From: a virus
Lineage: Duplodnaviria > Caudoviricetes
DNA: 64,000 bases
Virus record (IMG/VR): IMGVR_UViG_3300033073_000981
Span: 3,142 to 67,141 of that record
Direction: 5' to 3' (one strand)
Both the position numbers and the translations under genes were made by a program. Numbering within the stretch: the stretch's first letter is position 1; each line of letters begins with the position of its first letter. Below are positions 18,319 through 28,135 of this stretch, piece by piece. The notes below the pieces were generated by a model. The model did not search any database and was not told the DNA's origin. It saw only the letters and a list, made by a program, of their open reading frames with translations.

Positions 18319-19346
18319 TCACTACATACTTTAGATCAAGCAGTCTTAATAACTGGAAGTATTGTGAAATGCAATACTTTATGACATATGTTCTAGGTCA
18401 TCAATCGCCATCTGGCAAAAAAGCAGATCTTGGAACTATTACTCATGCGGTGTTTGAAACATTAGCAATATGTAAAAAGAGAACACAGTTTAATAAAAGA
18501 AATAAAATGAAAGTCACTCAAGAACCATTGGGTGACTTCTCTTTTACCTATGAACAATTGTTTACAGATGAGTTTGTAAATTATATTCTTGGTAGAAGTT
18601 TTGATTATTATAAGGCAAATTGCACTCATAATCAATTTAATCAAAAGGACTATGAATTCTGCTATAAAATGGTTTGGGATACGCTTGCATATAATAATGG
18701 ACAATTTGATCCAAGAAATCGTCAAGTTATTGATACTGAGCCTCACTTTGATATTCCTATTAAAGAACCGTGGGCTAAGTTTAGTTTTACAGGGCCAGAT
18801 GGAAAAGAAATCTCTGGAAATCTTGCGATTAAAGGGACCATTGACCTTGTAACTGAACTCCCGGATGGTACAATAGAGGTAATCGACTGGAAAACCGGAC
18901 AGAGGCTTGACTGGGCTACGGGTGAGAAAAAGGATTACGAAAAGCTAATGACTGATATTCAACTCCTTCTTTATCACTATGCGGTTAGCAAGCTCTATCC
19001 TCAACATAGACATGCCCTGATGACCATTTTCTTTTGTCGAGATGGTGGACCATTCACTTTAGCTTTTGACGAAGAAGATGATAAAAATTTCCTTAAGACA
19101 CTTGAAAAAATGTTTAAGGAGATTACAATTAATCAAAGTCCCCGTCCAGTTTCACAAGATCGTAGAAATTTCAAATGCGAAAAACTGTGTCATTTCTACA
19201 AAACTGCTTGGCCGGGAACAAACAAAACGATGTGTCATCATATTGAAGAACAATTACATACTATTGGAATGACTAAAACAGTTGCAGAATGTTCCAGACC
19301 CGGATTCGTGATTGGAACTTACAAAGACCCCGGAGCAGTAGAATGA
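18315..19346 (+). CDS. Cas4/AddB-like PD-(D/E)xK exonuclease
   Basis: GTITHAVFE, KGTIDL...IEVIDWKTG, N-terminal Cys plus C-terminal CEKLC...C (possible Fe-S ligands). Confidence 0.82.
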   Translation: MITTYFRSSSLNNWKYCEMQYFMTYVLGHQSPSGKKADLGTITHAVFETLAICKKRTQFNKRNKMKVTQEPLGDFSFTYEQLFTDEFVNYILGRSFDYYKANCTHNQFNQKDYEFCYKMVWDTLAYNNGQFDPRNRQVIDTEPHFDIPIKEPWAKFSFTGPDGKEISGNLAIKGTIDLVTELPDGTIEVIDWKTGQRLDWATGEKKDYEKLMTDIQLLLYHYAVSKLYPQHRHALMTIFFCRDGGPFTLAFDEEDDKNFLKTLEKMFKEITINQSPRPVSQDRRNFKCEKLCHFYKTAWPGTNKTMCHHIEEQLHTIGMTKTVAECSRPGFVIGTYKDPGAVE

Positions 19347-20836
19347 TAATACCAGCGATTACAACTCATTATTCTTTATTGCGCGGATTCATCAAACCCG
19401 ATGAAGCAGCTAAAAAGTGTAAAGAGCTTGGATATACTCACTGTTTGCTTTCAGATGATTCTCTAAGTGGAGTTGTAGAGTTCTTTAGCTGTATGAAAAA
19501 AGAAGGTATAATTCCCATTATTGGCTGGAGGGCTGATGGTGGGCATTATATTGTCAAAACTTTAGCTGGATATAGAATTCTTATCAGACTTGTATCTGGT
19601 GAAGATATTCTTTATACAGATAAAGACCTACAGTTCTATAAGGATGGAGAACTGGGACTGATGGAAGTTTGCTATGCAAATCAGGAAGATGCTATTCTTC
19701 ATAGGATTGCTCTTTGTTCAGGGCTAAAGACAACACTAAAAAAAGCCAAAGACGTTGATCTAGGTGAGCTTAAGAAATACTTTGATTTAGATCATTTCTT
19801 TTTTTATCCTAATGATGGGATTGTTTTACAAGTTAATCAGATCCAAGCAAATGACCAATTAACATCTGAACTTGAAGATTATACCATCTTTTCTAAACCT
19901 AAACTTCCCAAAGTGGATTGTAAAGGACAAAGCGAAGAAGAGTATATTACTCAACTTTGCCGAGAAGGATGGAAGAAGAAGTTCATGCATTTACAGGGCG
20001 AAAAAAAGCAAGAGTATGCAGACCGTGTAAAATATGAGCTTTCTATTATTAATGGATTTGGTCTTGCTGGATATTTTCTAATCGTGCAAGATATTATCGC
20101 ATTTGTTAGAAATAACGGTTGGTTGCCGGGTCCGGGTCGTGGATCTGCTGGAGGTTGTCTTGTATCCTATCTTTTAGGTATTACAGAAATTGATCCGGTA
20201 AAATACGATCTCTTATTCTCAAGATTCTTAAACTCTGGACGATTTAGCAAAGACAATATTTCGCTTCCTGATATTGATATGGACGTTCCATCAAATCATA
20301 GAGATGAAATTATTGAATACTTAAAGAATAAATATGGACATAGCCGGGTATTCCAGATGATTACATTCGGTCGTCTCCAAGGACGATCAGTAATCAAAGA
20401 AGTTGCTAGAATTTATAGCGATTTATCTCAATCTGAGTTGAATGAAATTACTGAAAGTTTGCCGGAAGAAGCTAGTATCTCTGACGAGCTTGAAGAAATG
20501 GAAATCAAGTCCGTTATTATCTGGACTCTTGAGAATCAACCGCAGAAATTGAATAAATGGTGCAAATTAGTTGATGGAAAATTAACTGGCGAGTTGTCAG
20601 ATATGTTCGATCTTGCTATTAGAATAGAAGGAACTTTCAAAAGTCATGGAAAGCATCCGGCTGGAGTAATTATTTCTAATGATGATCTTATCAATGATGC
20701 TCCATTAATCAAGGATATAGATGGAAATCTTGTTGTAGGATTTGAAATGCATGACTTGGATAAAGTAGGACTAACAAAGTTTGATGTCCTTGGAGTTAAT
20801 CTTTTGGATAAAATTATGGAAATTACAAATGAATGA
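19343..20836 (+). CDS. dnaE: DNA polymerase III alpha (DnaE), N-terminal part: shortened PHP + palm
   Basis: HYSLL, GPGRGSAGG, LLFSRFLN, PDIDMD, HPAGVII, KFDVLG; all three catalytic Asp motifs present; stops right after the palm. Confidence 0.92.
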   Translation: MIIPAITTHYSLLRGFIKPDEAAKKCKELGYTHCLLSDDSLSGVVEFFSCMKKEGIIPIIGWRADGGHYIVKTLAGYRILIRLVSGEDILYTDKDLQFYKDGELGLMEVCYANQEDAILHRIALCSGLKTTLKKAKDVDLGELKKYFDLDHFFFYPNDGIVLQVNQIQANDQLTSELEDYTIFSKPKLPKVDCKGQSEEEYITQLCREGWKKKFMHLQGEKKQEYADRVKYELSIINGFGLAGYFLIVQDIIAFVRNNGWLPGPGRGSAGGCLVSYLLGITEIDPVKYDLLFSRFLNSGRFSKDNISLPDIDMDVPSNHRDEIIEYLKNKYGHSRVFQMITFGRLQGRSVIKEVARIYSDLSQSELNEITESLPEEASISDELEEMEIKSVIIWTLENQPQKLNKWCKLVDGKLTGELSDMFDLAIRIEGTFKSHGKHPAGVIISNDDLINDAPLIKDIDGNLVVGFEMHDLDKVGLTKFDVLGVNLLDKIMEITNE

Positions 20837-21041
20837 TAAATTTTTAGATTACGCAACTGTTATTAGAGACGGTAATGATATTGACTATAAAGATATTTCT
20901 TTGTCCGATCTGAGGAATCATGTTCCTTGGTATCGCGGAAAAAAGAATGGAGTTTATCAAGTTCATAGTAATTCTTTCTCTAAAATATATTACGACCTAA
21001 ACGAAGCTATTGAAAAATTCTTAGAATTGAAGGGGAAATAA
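20829..21041 (+). CDS. 70-aa hypothetical protein between the DnaE halves
   Basis: Start 20829 overlaps the dnaE-N stop; TAATG overlap with the exonuclease. Confidence 0.65.
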   Translation: MNDKFLDYATVIRDGNDIDYKDISLSDLRNHVPWYRGKKNGVYQVHSNSFSKIYYDLNEAIEKFLELKGK

Positions 21042-21748
21042 TGGGATTTAATACATATCGGGATTATATTGTTTTTGACTTTGAAACAACTGGCAAAAAC
21101 CCATATGGTTGTCAATTGACTCAAATTGCCGCTGTAGTCGTTCACGGCAAGAAGTTGACCCTTCAGCCCGGCGGAGTGTTCAACATCGAAGTAAGGCCCG
21201 AATTTGACGACGAGAAGGCTATTGCTGCGGGATTCGATCCAGTTGAGCAAGAAGCGTTGGATATTACTAGAAAAACTCGCGAACAACTTGAAAAAGCTAT
21301 CGGTCCAAAGGAAGCATGGAGTCAATTTGCAAACTTTGTAAGTAAGTTCAATTCTAAGGGTACTCCATATTATGCACCTATTCCAGTAGGTTATAATATT
21401 AATAATTTCGATTTACCGATTGTCAATCGGTACTGTGGAATGTACGGACCAAAAGATGATAAGAGTGGCAGACAAAAGCTGTTCAATCAGATCTTTAAAG
21501 TAGATATGATGGATAACATGTTTATGTGGTTTGAAGATCATAGCGATGTGCAAAAGCTAAATATGGACTATCTTCGTGATTACCTAGGATTTCCGCAAGC
21601 ATCCAAAGACAATGCTCACGATGCTCTATTTGACGTTATCGACACTGCTAATCTATTCACTAGATTCCTAAAGTATCATAGACGACACAGTTCAGCGGCT
21701 AAGTTTGAAAAGTCATTTGCAAATGCCAAAATGGATATTTCTCTATGA
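21041..21748 (+). CDS. DEDDh 3'-5' exonuclease (DnaQ/epsilon-like)
   Basis: VFDFETTG (ExoI), GYNINNFD (ExoII), HDALFD (ExoIII). Confidence 0.9.
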   Translation: MGFNTYRDYIVFDFETTGKNPYGCQLTQIAAVVVHGKKLTLQPGGVFNIEVRPEFDDEKAIAAGFDPVEQEALDITRKTREQLEKAIGPKEAWSQFANFVSKFNSKGTPYYAPIPVGYNINNFDLPIVNRYCGMYGPKDDKSGRQKLFNQIFKVDMMDNMFMWFEDHSDVQKLNMDYLRDYLGFPQASKDNAHDALFDVIDTANLFTRFLKYHRRHSSAAKFEKSFANAKMDISL

Positions 21749-21763
21749 AATAAAGGATCTTAA

Positions 21764-23353
21764 ATGAGTTCGCTTAATATTGATGATTATGAAGATGGCG
21801 CTACTTGGGATTTGATTGGAGAAGGGAAAACAAAAGGTGTGTTCCAGCTAGAATCAAACCTTGGCTCAAGCTGGGCTAAGAAAGTAAAGCCTCGAAATAT
21901 TGATGAGTTGTCAGATTTAATTTCTATCATTCGTCCGGGTACACTGGAAGCTATGCTAGAAGGCAAATCTATGACACAACACTATGTTGATCGTAAATGG
22001 AAAATCGATGAAGTAAAATATATTCATCCTGCTCTAGAACCATTACTAGCAAACACATATGGAATTATCGTTTACCAAGAGCAAGCTATGAAAATTGCAA
22101 CAGCCTTAGCCGGTTTTACACCGGAAGAGGCTGATTCTTTACGTAAAGCTATGGGTAAAAAAGATGCCGCCCTTATGAACGAAGTCGGCACAAAATTTAT
22201 TAATGGATGTAAAGCCAAGGGTATCGTAGATGAGCAATCAGCTTCAACCATTTTTAACTGGATTCAGGCATCTGCCCGTTATTCATTTAATAAAAGTCAC
22301 GCTGTAGCTTATGCTATTAACTCTTTTAGATCTGCGTACTGCAAAGTACACGATGCTATTAAATTTTATGAAGTATACTTGAATCATACGCATACAAAAT
22401 CTAAAAAGAATACTAAGCAGATGCAGATTAAAAGTTTTATTATGGATGCAAAGTATAGGGGAATTGAGGTAATACCTCCTAGACTCGGACATTTATATCA
22501 AGACTTTACCTTAGAGAGAGATAAAAGCGTTATTAACTTTGGTTATTCGCATATTAAAAGTGTAGGAGAAGGAGAGAAAAAGAAAGTTGATAGTGTGATT
22601 AAAAAAGCAGTCAGCGATCTTAATAAACCCTTATCTAATTTTACTTGGTTAGACTGCCTTTTCTTTCTTGCTTCAAATATAAAAAAGAATGCAGTTGAAT
22701 CGCTTATCAGCGCCGGAGCTTTTTCTGGTAAAAATAATACAACTCATAGAAATACGATGCTTTTTGAGTTTGATATTTGGGAAAAACTAACAGAACTAGA
22801 ACGACAGTGGATTATTTCTAAATATGATTCAAATGCTAGCGGACAATCGTTTAAGCAGTTATTCAATAAAATGATTAATGAAAATGCTAAAATTAATGCT
22901 AGAAGAATGAAGTCAGTTATTGATCTTTATCAAGCACTTGACAATCCACCATATTCAATTGAAGATGACTTTAGATGGATCGCAGATATAGAGCAAAAAC
23001 TGATGGGGTGCGCGCTGACTTGCTCAAAAGTAGACATGTCATCAAATGACGTTAATATTAGCTGTGCAGAGATTGCAACTGGTGAAGTTAAATCTATGAA
23101 AGATGCCTGCTTGGCGATTAGAATTAATGAAGTAAAAGAATATATATTAAAGAGAGGGCAAAACATAGGTAGAACAATGGGTTTTGTTGCAGGAGAAGAT
23201 AACTCAGGCGAACTTGACTCTATAACTTTTTTCTGCGATGAATTTGAAAAATTTAAAAAGTTGCTTTTTGTAGGCAATACGGTATTATTATATGGTGAAG
23301 TCCAAGAGAAAAAGGACAAATCCTTTGTAGTTAAAAATGTAGAACAAATTTAG
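21764..23353 (+). CDS. dnaE: DNA polymerase III alpha (DnaE), C-terminal part: fingers, HhH, OB fold
   Basis: GVFQLES, IIRPG, TYGIIVYQEQAM, LRKAMGKK, YSFNKSHAVAYA, IKSVGE, OB-fold MGFVAGEDNSG. Confidence 0.92.
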   Translation: MSSLNIDDYEDGATWDLIGEGKTKGVFQLESNLGSSWAKKVKPRNIDELSDLISIIRPGTLEAMLEGKSMTQHYVDRKWKIDEVKYIHPALEPLLANTYGIIVYQEQAMKIATALAGFTPEEADSLRKAMGKKDAALMNEVGTKFINGCKAKGIVDEQSASTIFNWIQASARYSFNKSHAVAYAINSFRSAYCKVHDAIKFYEVYLNHTHTKSKKNTKQMQIKSFIMDAKYRGIEVIPPRLGHLYQDFTLERDKSVINFGYSHIKSVGEGEKKKVDSVIKKAVSDLNKPLSNFTWLDCLFFLASNIKKNAVESLISAGAFSGKNNTTHRNTMLFEFDIWEKLTELERQWIISKYDSNASGQSFKQLFNKMINENAKINARRMKSVIDLYQALDNPPYSIEDDFRWIADIEQKLMGCALTCSKVDMSSNDVNISCAEIATGEVKSMKDACLAIRINEVKEYILKRGQNIGRTMGFVAGEDNSGELDSITFFCDEFEKFKKLLFVGNTVLLYGEVQEKKDKSFVVKNVEQI

Positions 23354-23363
23354 GAGATTAGTA

Positions 23364-23687
23364 ATGAATGTTTGTTGCTTTATTGGAAAATTGGTTGGAG
23401 ATCCTGAACTAAAGGAAATCAATGGGACATTTGTAGTAAATTTCTCTTTGGCAGTTGAGGATTATAGAAAAGACAAAGAGGGCGAAAAGCATCGACGAGT
23501 AGATTTTTTTGACTTTGAGGCGTGGGATAGTGGCGCGACTACTATTGCAAAACACTTCAAAAAAAGCGATATGATGGCAATCGAAGCCGAAGCAAGGCAA
23601 CATAAGTGGACTTCGGGCGATCAAAAACGTCAAAAGGTTATTTTTAGAGTAAAAACTTTCAAATCTTCAGGATGTAAATCGGAATAA
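23364..23687 (+). CDS. ssb: single-stranded DNA-binding protein
   Basis: IGKLVGDPELK, VNFSLAV, DFFDFEAW; no acidic C-terminal tail. Confidence 0.88.
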   Translation: MNVCCFIGKLVGDPELKEINGTFVVNFSLAVEDYRKDKEGEKHRRVDFFDFEAWDSGATTIAKHFKKSDMMAIEAEARQHKWTSGDQKRQKVIFRVKTFKSSGCKSE

Positions 23688-23691
23688 CATA

Positions 23692-25341
23692 ATGCGAAAA
23701 ATTAAAGTTTTATTTGTAACTGAAGCATCGTATATGCCAACAGGATATTCAGTCTACACTAAAGAAGTATTGTCTAGACTTAGCAAACATCCGCAGCTAG
23801 AAGTTGCTGAACTGGCATGTTTCACAACCTCAAAAGCAGAAGAGTTAAAAACAGTCCCGTGGAAAGTTTATGCTAATGTTCCAGAGCCTGAAAATCAGAA
23901 TCTGAATAATGTGTATAACTCAAACATGAGTAATAAGTTTGGTGACTTTTCTTTCAATAGTGTATTGCTAGATTTTGAACCAGATTTTGTTATGGATATC
24001 AGAGATTGGTGGATGCTTGAATTTGAAGAACGGTCACCTTTTAGAGATTTCTTTAATTGGGCCATCATGCCAACTGTTGACGCAGAGCCACAAAATGTAA
24101 CTTGGATTGATACCTATTCGTCTGCCGATGGTGTATTTGCATACTCTGAGTTTGGCAGAGATACTATGAAGGCACAGTCTAAGAATATTAATTTTATTGA
24201 TGTCGCATCTCCATGTGCAAGTAATAATTTTTATCCAATCAAAGATAAAAAATCATTGAGAAATGAATTTGGACTAAGAGATGATGTTATTATTTTTGGA
24301 ACGGTAATGCGCAACCAAAGACGCAAACTATATCCAGATTTATTCAAGGCGTTTAGATTGTTCTTAGACCAGAATCCAACTCTAACAAACGCTTATTTAT
24401 ATTGCCACACTGCATATCCTGATGTTGGTTGGGACATTCCAGAATTAATCAAAGATTTTGGATTGGGAAATAAAATCCTAATGACTTATAAATGCCGCAA
24501 GTGTGGTAAAATTAGCTCTATGTTTTTTAATGATGCTGTTACATTTTGTAACTCCTGTGGAATTTATGGAGCTTGTCCTGTTGGAATACAAAATAGAATA
24601 GATGAAAGCGAATTAAATAAAGTATATAATCTATTTGATGTATATATTCAATGGGCCAATAGCGAAGGTTGGGGTATGCCTCAATTAGAAGCTGCGTATG
24701 CGGGATTACCAGTAGTATCAGTTTACTATTCTGCTATGGAATCGTTAATTGATAATATCAAAGGTATTGGAATACCACCTCTTGGATTCTATAAAGAATT
24801 AGAAACTGGATGTAATAGAGCAGTTCCAGATAATCTAGCATTAGCTAAAACCTTAACTTCACTTGCAACGGATAAAACAAAAAGAAGCTATGTTGCAGAA
24901 AAATGCTATAAGAATGCATTAAAAATATATAACTGGGATTATACGGCAGAAAAGTGGGCTAAATATTTTATTAGTACACCGATAAAAGATCCTAAAACAA
25001 CTTGGAATTCACCTCCAAGATTTTTTAATCCCGCAAATCAATTGCCTAGTCAATTAGCAAATGCAAGCATATCAGATCAAGTGAACTGGCTATTTATCAA
25101 TGTTCTAGGAAAGCCAGAGTTAATCAATAAAAGTATTTGGAAAAGGATGTGCAAAGATCTAATGTACAGATCTACTATGACATCTATGATTCCGGGATAT
25201 TACTATAATGATTTTTCACATCCTGATTTGGAAAGAAAATTTGAAGAATTTACTCTTGAAAAAGCATTTCAAATGTGTTTGAATATGCGAAGTGCAATGA
25301 ACGAATGGGAAAATGCAAGATTGCAAAGGATGAAAAAGTGA
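23692..25341 (+). CDS. GT-B (GT4-like) glycosyltransferase with inserted zinc finger
   Basis: TGYSVYTKE, RNQRRK, YNLFDVY...SEGWGMPQLEAAYAGLPVV; CRKC...CNSC insertion. Confidence 0.88.
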   Translation: MRKIKVLFVTEASYMPTGYSVYTKEVLSRLSKHPQLEVAELACFTTSKAEELKTVPWKVYANVPEPENQNLNNVYNSNMSNKFGDFSFNSVLLDFEPDFVMDIRDWWMLEFEERSPFRDFFNWAIMPTVDAEPQNVTWIDTYSSADGVFAYSEFGRDTMKAQSKNINFIDVASPCASNNFYPIKDKKSLRNEFGLRDDVIIFGTVMRNQRRKLYPDLFKAFRLFLDQNPTLTNAYLYCHTAYPDVGWDIPELIKDFGLGNKILMTYKCRKCGKISSMFFNDAVTFCNSCGIYGACPVGIQNRIDESELNKVYNLFDVYIQWANSEGWGMPQLEAAYAGLPVVSVYYSAMESLIDNIKGIGIPPLGFYKELETGCNRAVPDNLALAKTLTSLATDKTKRSYVAEKCYKNALKIYNWDYTAEKWAKYFISTPIKDPKTTWNSPPRFFNPANQLPSQLANASISDQVNWLFINVLGKPELINKSIWKRMCKDLMYRSTMTSMIPGYYYNDFSHPDLERKFEEFTLEKAFQMCLNMRSAMNEWENARLQRMKK

Positions 25342-26426
25342 AGATAAAATATATTGGAAATTTTAATGATGGAACTGGATGGGCAAAAGCTGCAACATAT
25401 AATGCTCTAGCATTAGATATGGCAGGATATGATGTCTATTGCGAAGAATTAAGTTATAATCAGGCTTCAGTTATTCTGGAGCCTTATATTGAAAATTTAA
25501 TTAATAAAAAATCTGATACTTATGATGTTGTAGTTAATCATGTTTTGCCTACTGAATATAAATATATTTCAGGTGTTAGAAATGTTGGTTTTATTTCATT
25601 GGAAACTCTTACTCTTAGTTCCGTACCTTGGCTAAAAAGAATAGCGATGATGGATGAGATATGGGTTCCAAACAAAGCATCAAAATATTGCTTAATGGAT
25701 TCTGGAGTCGATGGAAATAAAGTTAAAGTATTTAATCATACATTTAATTTTTATAAAACCGCACAGTCCGATAATGGGCAAAGAATTGATAAGCTGCGTG
25801 GAACTTTTAACTTTGTGTTCAACGGTGAATTTACAAAAAGAAAAAATGTCGAAGCTCTTCTATTTGCTTTCCATAATGAATTTGATTATATTGAACCTGT
25901 AAATTTATTTATTAAAACTAACAAGGATGCTAATTTAATCAATGACTTTTGTTCTGCTGTTAAAACCAGAATGAAAAAGACTGGCAAATACAAGAATGAG
26001 ATCATAATTTCAAGTTATATTGATGAAATAAGCCTACTCTCTATTTTGAAAGATTGTCACGCCTTTGTAATGCCAAGTCATGGCGAAGCGTGGTGCTATC
26101 CGGCTCTTGAAGCTATGGCTTTAGGAATTCCATCTATTTACACCAAGGGCATCGGAATAGAAGATTTTGTTATTCCAAATATTACAGGACTTCCGGTTGA
26201 TTCAAAGGTGAGCTACTGCTATGGAGCTAATGACACATTTGATGATCTATACACTTCAAATGATGAGTGGCTAGAAATTAATGTTAAAGATTTACAAGAA
26301 AAAATGAGATATATTTTCGAAAGCGCGAAAGATCAAAAAGCATATTTGGATATAAGAAGATTATGCCAAGAACAAGCTAAGAAATTCGATTTTACAAATA
26401 AAGATATTACGAAAGGTCTTCTATGA
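25338..26426 (+). CDS. GT-B (GT4-like) glycosyltransferase
   Basis: GTG start; DEIWVPN, RKNVEALL, FVMPSHGEAWCYPALEAMALGIP. Confidence 0.88.
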   Translation: MKIKYIGNFNDGTGWAKAATYNALALDMAGYDVYCEELSYNQASVILEPYIENLINKKSDTYDVVVNHVLPTEYKYISGVRNVGFISLETLTLSSVPWLKRIAMMDEIWVPNKASKYCLMDSGVDGNKVKVFNHTFNFYKTAQSDNGQRIDKLRGTFNFVFNGEFTKRKNVEALLFAFHNEFDYIEPVNLFIKTNKDANLINDFCSAVKTRMKKTGKYKNEIIISSYIDEISLLSILKDCHAFVMPSHGEAWCYPALEAMALGIPSIYTKGIGIEDFVIPNITGLPVDSKVSYCYGANDTFDDLYTSNDEWLEINVKDLQEKMRYIFESAKDQKAYLDIRRLCQEQAKKFDFTNKDITKGLL

Positions 26427-26842
26427 AAATTTATATTGGAAACAGGTCAGTTGATAGCCCAGAATACAAAAATTTAACAGAAGTAGAAATGATTAAATAT
26501 ATTGCTGATGATTCAGAATGTACTTCGATTATTTTAGACGGTGTATTAAAGAACTTTGGCATAAGTGAAATTCCGGGCATTCTTAATCTTGTAATTAGCA
26601 AGTTGAGAAATCAGGGCGAGCTTATAATTAGCGATGTTGATTTTGACCTTCTGATTTTTGCTCATAAAAAGTTAAACAATCTATTAGATTTAAATCGAAT
26701 GGTTGAATCTTCTGGTGGCTTTAAATCATTTATCACATACGAAAGTATCACAGAGATGCTTAGCGGGTATAAGAACATTTCCTTGATCACAGTAAATATC
26801 AATAATCTAGAATTTCGTCTTCAGTACAGGAAATCATTATGA
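26423..26842 (+). CDS. degenerate class I SAM-methyltransferase-like protein
   Basis: SECTSIILDGVLK...LNLVISKLRNQGELIISD resembles the methyltransferase core; no clear GxGxG. Confidence 0.5.
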   Translation: MKIYIGNRSVDSPEYKNLTEVEMIKYIADDSECTSIILDGVLKNFGISEIPGILNLVISKLRNQGELIISDVDFDLLIFAHKKLNNLLDLNRMVESSGGFKSFITYESITEMLSGYKNISLITVNINNLEFRLQYRKSL

Positions 26843-27564
26843 ATATAGAAATATTTTCTTGTGAAAGCTGCTGTCATGCAATTTTAGAGAATTCTAATCA
26901 AACTGGGTGTCTTCTAGATAAATTATCTAAGATACCTTCAAACTTTAATTCTTCTAAGGGATTTTTTGATTTACAAAAGGTATGCGCGTATAAAAACAAC
27001 AATCCAGAAGATGTTAAAATTAAATTAGGTTATATTTTTATATTAAACGACATATCAAAATTAGATGAGTTAAAAAAGAACATCGATCTTGTACAAGAAA
27101 ATAATCCAATGTGGATCGGTGTAAATCATGATTTTCCAGAAGTAGCAACTGAAATCAATCTTTATATGGCTCGACTAAATATACCTCATAATGTTATTTT
27201 AAATTATGAAAAGGTTTCTAGCGATATTCATAGATTAGATCAATTTATGAACAGTTATAAAAATGGATGGACGTTCGTGAATGTTGTAGGTCAACAATTT
27301 GACTTATCTAAAGTAAACATTCTAGATAATTATATTAATCAATTTAATCCATTAGCAATCGTTAAAAATAAATGTGATTCACTAAATGAATTTGTATTTT
27401 TTAATATGATTTTCAAATATTTAAAAGGTAGCTATCCTTCTATTTTAGAAGATGATACGATAGAACAAAAAACATTCACAGAAAAAGTGCAAGATATGTC
27501 ATCATACATGATTAAAAATTGGAAGGAACTATATGAATTCTACAGTAATCCTAGCGATCAATAA
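26839..27564 (+). CDS. hypothetical protein with N-terminal Cys cluster (possible degenerate GT fold)
   Basis: CESCCH...C...C; embedded in the glycan cluster. Confidence 0.45.
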   Translation: MNIEIFSCESCCHAILENSNQTGCLLDKLSKIPSNFNSSKGFFDLQKVCAYKNNNPEDVKIKLGYIFILNDISKLDELKKNIDLVQENNPMWIGVNHDFPEVATEINLYMARLNIPHNVILNYEKVSSDIHRLDQFMNSYKNGWTFVNVVGQQFDLSKVNILDNYINQFNPLAIVKNKCDSLNEFVFFNMIFKYLKGSYPSILEDDTIEQKTFTEKVQDMSSYMIKNWKELYEFYSNPSDQ

Positions 27565-28135
27565 TGAGCAAAATGTAATTCCTTCAATAACAAGCGTGTT
27601 GGAGGGAAAAACAAAGCCAACAAATTTTTGCATAGCGGTAAATAAAGCCGTAAATGACAATACAAGGGGCGTAATCAATTCGTTTTTAAAAAGCTGCTGT
27701 GATGGGTCTACATATACTGAAGAACACCAGAAAGACTATATTCTAGCTAAAAAGACTGGAACAGATATTAATATATTTAGTATTATATCGGATGAGCCGG
27801 TTTTTTATTCCTATAAGTATATCCAAGATAAAACAGATATTTTTTTCACCATGTCTGGCAGGACAAGATATCATGAGGACTATATTGCCAAGGTATTATC
27901 AAAGTTTGATAACATCACTGGACTAGTATATAGTGATTTTATTTCAAATGGTAAAAGAGTATATTTAGAATCGACAAATCCAACCAATATAAATATTGGC
28001 AATATCACAGAAGTCGCTTTTTCTAAAAGAATATTAGATGAACCACCCAAGTTTTTTAACTGTCCTATACTTACAACGACTGCCTATCAAAAAGGTCTAG
28101 TTAGAAATATTCCAGAAGCCTTATATTCAGTATGA
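27533..28135 (+). CDS. GT-A (GT2)-like protein, divergent
   Basis: STVILAINNEQNVIPSITSVL start and GLVYSDF, typical of GT2 folds. Confidence 0.55.
   Translation: MNSTVILAINNEQNVIPSITSVLEGKTKPTNFCIAVNKAVNDNTRGVINSFLKSCCDGSTYTEEHQKDYILAKKTGTDINIFSIISDEPVFYSYKYIQDKTDIFFTMSGRTRYHEDYIAKVLSKFDNITGLVYSDFISNGKRVYLESTNPTNINIGNITEVAFSKRILDEPPKFFNCPILTTTAYQKGLVRNIPEALYSV

Noticed and set aside
18315-19346. CRISPR-Cas system suggested by the Cas4-like nuclease
   Set aside because: No array or other cas genes were seen; solo Cas4-like nucleases are common in phage replication modules.
20780-21800. Split intein or self-splicing intron explaining the broken dnaE
   Set aside because: No N-intein Cys start or C-intein HN-C end is present, and the canonical split site is intact. 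The insert holds two normal coupled genes and the C-half has its own RBS. RT-PCR would still be the decisive test.
8783-22966. Other TTGACA hexamers (8783, 13648, 22938)
   Set aside because: No convincing -10 at 16-18 nt spacing.
23910-23917. TGTGTATA inside the GT gene (also at 45789-45796 on minus)
   Set aside because: Explained by Val-Tyr codons inside ORFs, and chance occurrences are expected; not counted as promoters.
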